64,000 nucleotides of DNA from Phormidesmis sp. (GTDB taxonomy: Bacteria; Cyanobacteriota; Cyanobacteriia; Leptolyngbyales; Leptolyngbyaceae). Both the position numbers and the translations under genes were made by a program. Positions 60,769 to 64,000 of the stretch are shown one piece after another (within the stretch, counting starts at the first letter, position 1; the number at the start of each line of letters is the position of its first letter). The stretch covers positions 384,001 through 448,000 of the forward strand of contig CBDFJR010000005.1 in assembly GCA_965248535.1 (NCBI GenBank), given 5' to 3'. The notes under the pieces were generated by a model. That model saw nothing but the letters and a program-made list of their open reading frames with translations. It ran no database searches and was not told the DNA's origin.

Positions 60769-61923
60769 ATGTTTGATGCCGTTGTCGGTCATAGTGATGA
60801 TCCTGATGCTTCCAGCGCTGTTGCAGAAATTTTAGAACACTGTCTTAAGGCGTTGAGCGGTCAGAAACCTCAAGCTGGCGTTCTCTTTTCGGCTGTTGAT
60901 TTTGACCACGGGCTGATTTTGCAAGCGATTAATCAAACCTTTCCAGAGTTGCTGTTGATCGGCGGCACGTCAGACGGCGAAATCTCGTCTGTGCTGGGGT
61001 TTCAGCAAGACTCTGTGACATTGATGCTGTTCTGCTCAGATGAAGTTGAGTTCTCTGCGGCAGTGGGTCGATCGGTTTCTCAAGACCCGATCGCCATTGC
61101 CCAAAAAACGGTTGAAACCGCCGCAGCCGCCCTAACCAGCGCCCCTTGTCTCTGCGTCACCTGCCCCGAAAGCCTGACCACCAGCGGTGTGACGATTCTA
61201 GAAGGACTAAAGCAAGGGTTAGGAAAGGAAGTTCCCATTGTGGGCGGAACGACGGGCGATCAGTGGAAATTTGAGGGCACCTACCAGTTTTTTGGAACGG
61301 AGGTTTTAAGCGACTCGGTTCCCGTGTTGTTGATGGGCGGCAACCTGCGGGTTGGCTATGGCGTGCAAAGCGGTTGGACTCCGATCGGCAAGACCGGAAC
61401 CATCACCAAAGCGCAGTCTAATACCCTCTATGAAGTGGATGGACAACCCGCCCTCAGTTTCTATCACAACTTTGCCGGAGACAGTCGCCCGTCGCCAGAG
61501 CATCGGCTAGCCGTGTTTGAAGCCAACAGCGATCGCTGGTATATGCGAACCTCTAGCGGCAAATATGACGAAGAAGCGGGGAGCATTTGCTTCTTTGCCG
61601 ATATGCCAGAACAAGCTCAAATTCGCGTGGTGGGCGCAACGCGGGAGGAAATTATTGACTCAGCCGCCGTCTCAATGGAGACGGCTTTAGCCCACTATCC
61701 AGGCGATGAACCAGTCGCTGTTCTATTTTTCTCCTGCACAGGACGAATTCATGTCTTGGGCACCCAAACCCAATTGGAGTATGAGCGGGCTAGAGCCTTG
61801 ACCACTGTGCCCCTAACCTGCTGTGGATTTTATACCTATGGCGAGATTGCCCCGCTTTACCCCGGTGGAGAAACGCAATTTCACAATGAAACCTTTGTGA
61901 CTGTCGTATTGGGAACGCGATAG
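60769..61923 (+). CDS. FIST (FIST_N + FIST_C) sensory protein
   Basis: IGGTSDGEIS, VGGTTGD, GWTPIG, FSCTGR, GFYTYGEI, FHNET. Confidence 0.92.
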   Translation: MFDAVVGHSDDPDASSAVAEILEHCLKALSGQKPQAGVLFSAVDFDHGLILQAINQTFPELLLIGGTSDGEISSVLGFQQDSVTLMLFCSDEVEFSAAVGRSVSQDPIAIAQKTVETAAAALTSAPCLCVTCPESLTTSGVTILEGLKQGLGKEVPIVGGTTGDQWKFEGTYQFFGTEVLSDSVPVLLMGGNLRVGYGVQSGWTPIGKTGTITKAQSNTLYEVDGQPALSFYHNFAGDSRPSPEHRLAVFEANSDRWYMRTSSGKYDEEAGSICFFADMPEQAQIRVVGATREEIIDSAAVSMETALAHYPGDEPVAVLFFSCTGRIHVLGTQTQLEYERARALTTVPLTCCGFYTYGEIAPLYPGGETQFHNETFVTVVLGTR

Positions 61924-61932
61924 CACGAGCAG

Positions 61933-62976
61933 GTGAAAATCATGGATGAACCTCTCGACCTACAGCAGCGCATTCAGGAATTGGAAAAAGCCAATCGAGT
62001 GCTTCAAAAAAAGTTGAGTCGCTCTGAGTGCAATCAGATGCGGCTAGAAGACAGTTATGAGACTAAGCAAAGGGTGTTGGGTCAAACCATTCAAGACTTA
62101 GAGCAGTCTCTCTCTGATCTTCAACAAACGCAAACTCAACTCGTGCAAAGTGAGAAAATGTCGGCTCTAGGAAACCTAGTCGCTGGCGTTGCTCACGAAA
62201 TCAACAACCCGGTGAGTTTTTTGTCTGGCAACCTTCAGCCTGCTCTCGGCTATATTAAAGACCTGTTTAATCTCATCGATTTATATCAACACGAATATCC
62301 GACTCCTAGTATTGCTATTCAAGACGCGATCGAGGAGATCGATCTAGAGTATATCCAAGAAGATCTGCCCAAGCTGCTGAAGTCTATGAAGGTAGGAATT
62401 CAGCGGATTCTTGACATCAGTATTAGTCTCAGAACATTTTCTAGAGCCGACAAAGATCGCCCCGTGTGCTTTAATCTCCATGATGGCATTGACAGCACGA
62501 TTCTGATTCTTCAGCATCGACTCAAGGCGAGCAGCGATCGTCCTGCTATTAAAGTCGTCACAGATTATGGACAGATTCCCACGATCGAGGGATTTCCGGG
62601 ACAGTTGAATCAGGTGTTTATGAATCTGCTTGCCAACGCAATTGATGCGCTAGAAGAAGTCGATCAGGATCGCTCCTGTGAAAACCAAAAATCAAATTTT
62701 AATCAAATCGAAATTAAAACTCAGCTTAATGAATCCGGCGATCGGGTCATGATTCAAATTCAAGATAATGGCATCGGCATGGCAGAAAGCATCAAACACC
62801 AGATTTTTGATCATCTGTTTACAACCAAAGCGATCGGCAAAGGAACTGGATTGGGGTTAGCGATCGCCTACCAAATTGTGGTGGAGAAACATGGGGGCGC
62901 GATCAAGGTCAACTCCAAGCTGGGCGAGGGCACTGAGTTTGTGATCACGCTCCCGGTCAAGGCTGGTTCACGCTAA
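61933..62976 (+). CDS. Sensor-less histidine kinase (coiled coil + HisKA + HATPase)
   Basis: QSEKMSALGNLVAGVAHEINNP, NQVFMNLLANA, DNG, GKGTGLGL; no input domain. Confidence 0.93.
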   Translation: MKIMDEPLDLQQRIQELEKANRVLQKKLSRSECNQMRLEDSYETKQRVLGQTIQDLEQSLSDLQQTQTQLVQSEKMSALGNLVAGVAHEINNPVSFLSGNLQPALGYIKDLFNLIDLYQHEYPTPSIAIQDAIEEIDLEYIQEDLPKLLKSMKVGIQRILDISISLRTFSRADKDRPVCFNLHDGIDSTILILQHRLKASSDRPAIKVVTDYGQIPTIEGFPGQLNQVFMNLLANAIDALEEVDQDRSCENQKSNFNQIEIKTQLNESGDRVMIQIQDNGIGMAESIKHQIFDHLFTTKAIGKGTGLGLAIAYQIVVEKHGGAIKVNSKLGEGTEFVITLPVKAGSR

Positions 62977-62991
62977 ACCGCGATCGCCCCA

Positions 62992-64000
62992 TCAAGCAGG
63001 CGTGTCGCCCTGGGTCTTCAAAACGGCTCCGGCTGGCTTCTGTCCGTTGCCCTGCAAAGCGGCAATTTTCTCTGATGAGGGTTGGTTTGACAAAGGAGGA
63101 GAACCTGGCGTTTGGGGCGGATCGGGGCGGTTCCCTTTGGTGAAAAACTCTGTGAGATTCTTGACCACCACATAAAGGACGGGCACCAGCAGCAGGCTTA
63201 AAACGACGGAGAGCGATAAGCCACCAAAGACGGCTGTGCCTAGCGATCGACGGCTGGCGGCTCCGGCTCCAGAGGCGAGCACTAAAGGCAAGAACCCAAC
63301 GAGAGACGCGATCGTGGTCATGAGAATCGGGCGGAGTCGCTGTTGGGCAGCGTGCAGCGCAGCTTGAGCGATCGTCATGCCCTTCTCTCGCGATTGGTTG
63401 GCAAATTCCACAATCAAAATGGCGTTTTTGCTCGCTAGCCCGATCAACATCACCAGCGCCACCTGACAGTAGAGATCATTGACCAAGCTGCGTGCTGAGA
63501 TGAAGAGCAGCGCCCCCAAAACAGCAAAGGGCACGGTCAGCAGAATAATAATCGGATCGATATAATTTTCATACTGCGCTGCCAAAATCAAGAACACCGC
63601 AATGATGCCGAGACCAAAGATCAAGAGAGTTTGTCCCCCAGACTTTGCCTCTTCTCTAGAAATCCCCGTCCAGTCATAGCCCAGCCCCGGTTGGTCAATC
63701 TCCTTAAACACCTGCTGCATAGCTTGGATCGCCTGCCCAGTGCTATAGCCAGGAGCGGCGCTGCCCTGAATTTTGATGGCTCGAAAGAGGTTAAAGTGGC
63801 TAATCGTTTGCGGGCCGGTGAGCGGAGTGATTTTAGCAATTTCATTGAGGCGCACTAGGTTGCCACTGCGGGAACGCACCTGAATTTGACTGATTTTGTC
63901 GGGAGAATCACGAAACTGTTCATCTGCCTGAATGTAAACCCGATAGCTGCGCTGAGAGAAGGTGAAATCGTTAACATATTGCCCACCCATATAAGCGCCA
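62992..64000 (-). CDS. AcrB/HAE1-family RND efflux permease, 3' part (runs off window end)
   Basis: YVNDF, LAAQYE, GLASKNAILIVEFA, RLRPILMT. Confidence 0.93.
   Translation of the reverse strand, partial: GAYMGGQYVNDFTFSQRSYRVYIQADEQFRDSPDKISQIQVRSRSGNLVRLNEIAKITPLTGPQTISHFNLFRAIKIQGSAAPGYSTGQAIQAMQQVFKEIDQPGLGYDWTGISREEAKSGGQTLLIFGLGIIAVFLILAAQYENYIDPIIILLTVPFAVLGALLFISARSLVNDLYCQVALVMLIGLASKNAILIVEFANQSREKGMTIAQAALHAAQQRLRPILMTTIASLVGFLPLVLASGAGAASRRSLGTAVFGGLSLSVVLSLLLVPVLYVVVKNLTEFFTKGNRPDPPQTPGSPPLSNQPSSEKIAALQGNGQKPAGAVLKTQGDTPA

Noticed and set aside
1..64000. tRNA, rRNA, CRISPR-cas, or complete IS/transposase genes
   Set aside because: I recognised none by eye. A tRNAscan-SE/Infernal/ISEScan run would be needed to exclude them formally.

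Overview
This is a chromosomal segment of a cyanobacterium. Evidence: rbcL-rbcX-rbcS, chlI, an NtcA promoter, and abundant HIP1 (GCGATCGC) octamers. The nirA-ferredoxin fusion suggests a filamentous Leptolyngbya-like lineage (inference). Most genes are housekeeping or conserved: dapB (partial), chlI, parA-like, a radical SAM gene, DUF3038/DUF4335, DUF2997-ycf35-ferredoxin, pilB-pilT-pilC, grpE-dnaK-dnaJ-tusA-rsgA, menG/ubiE, rbcLXS, ampG, leuD, nirA-nrtABCD-(DUF1830)-narB, a TetR/desC divergon, a giant Ser/Thr-His kinase + FIST + His kinase operon, and a partial RND pump. I recognised no CRISPR array, tRNA or rRNA. The most notable observations are: (1) a ~340-bp non-coding element with IS200/IS605-like end hairpins, an internal promoter and a highly structured RNA-like body, cut at the apex of its right hairpin and bracketed by a 12-bp direct repeat; (2) a TetR regulator fused to a catalytically degenerate tyrosine-recombinase domain, with two palindromic operators facing desC; (3) a [2Fe-2S] ferredoxin tail on NirA hidden by a 1-nt frameshift; (4) a FIST/dual-kinase signalling operon near the nitrate cluster; (5) a second small MITE-like element and a frameshifted phytol-kinase-family gene.
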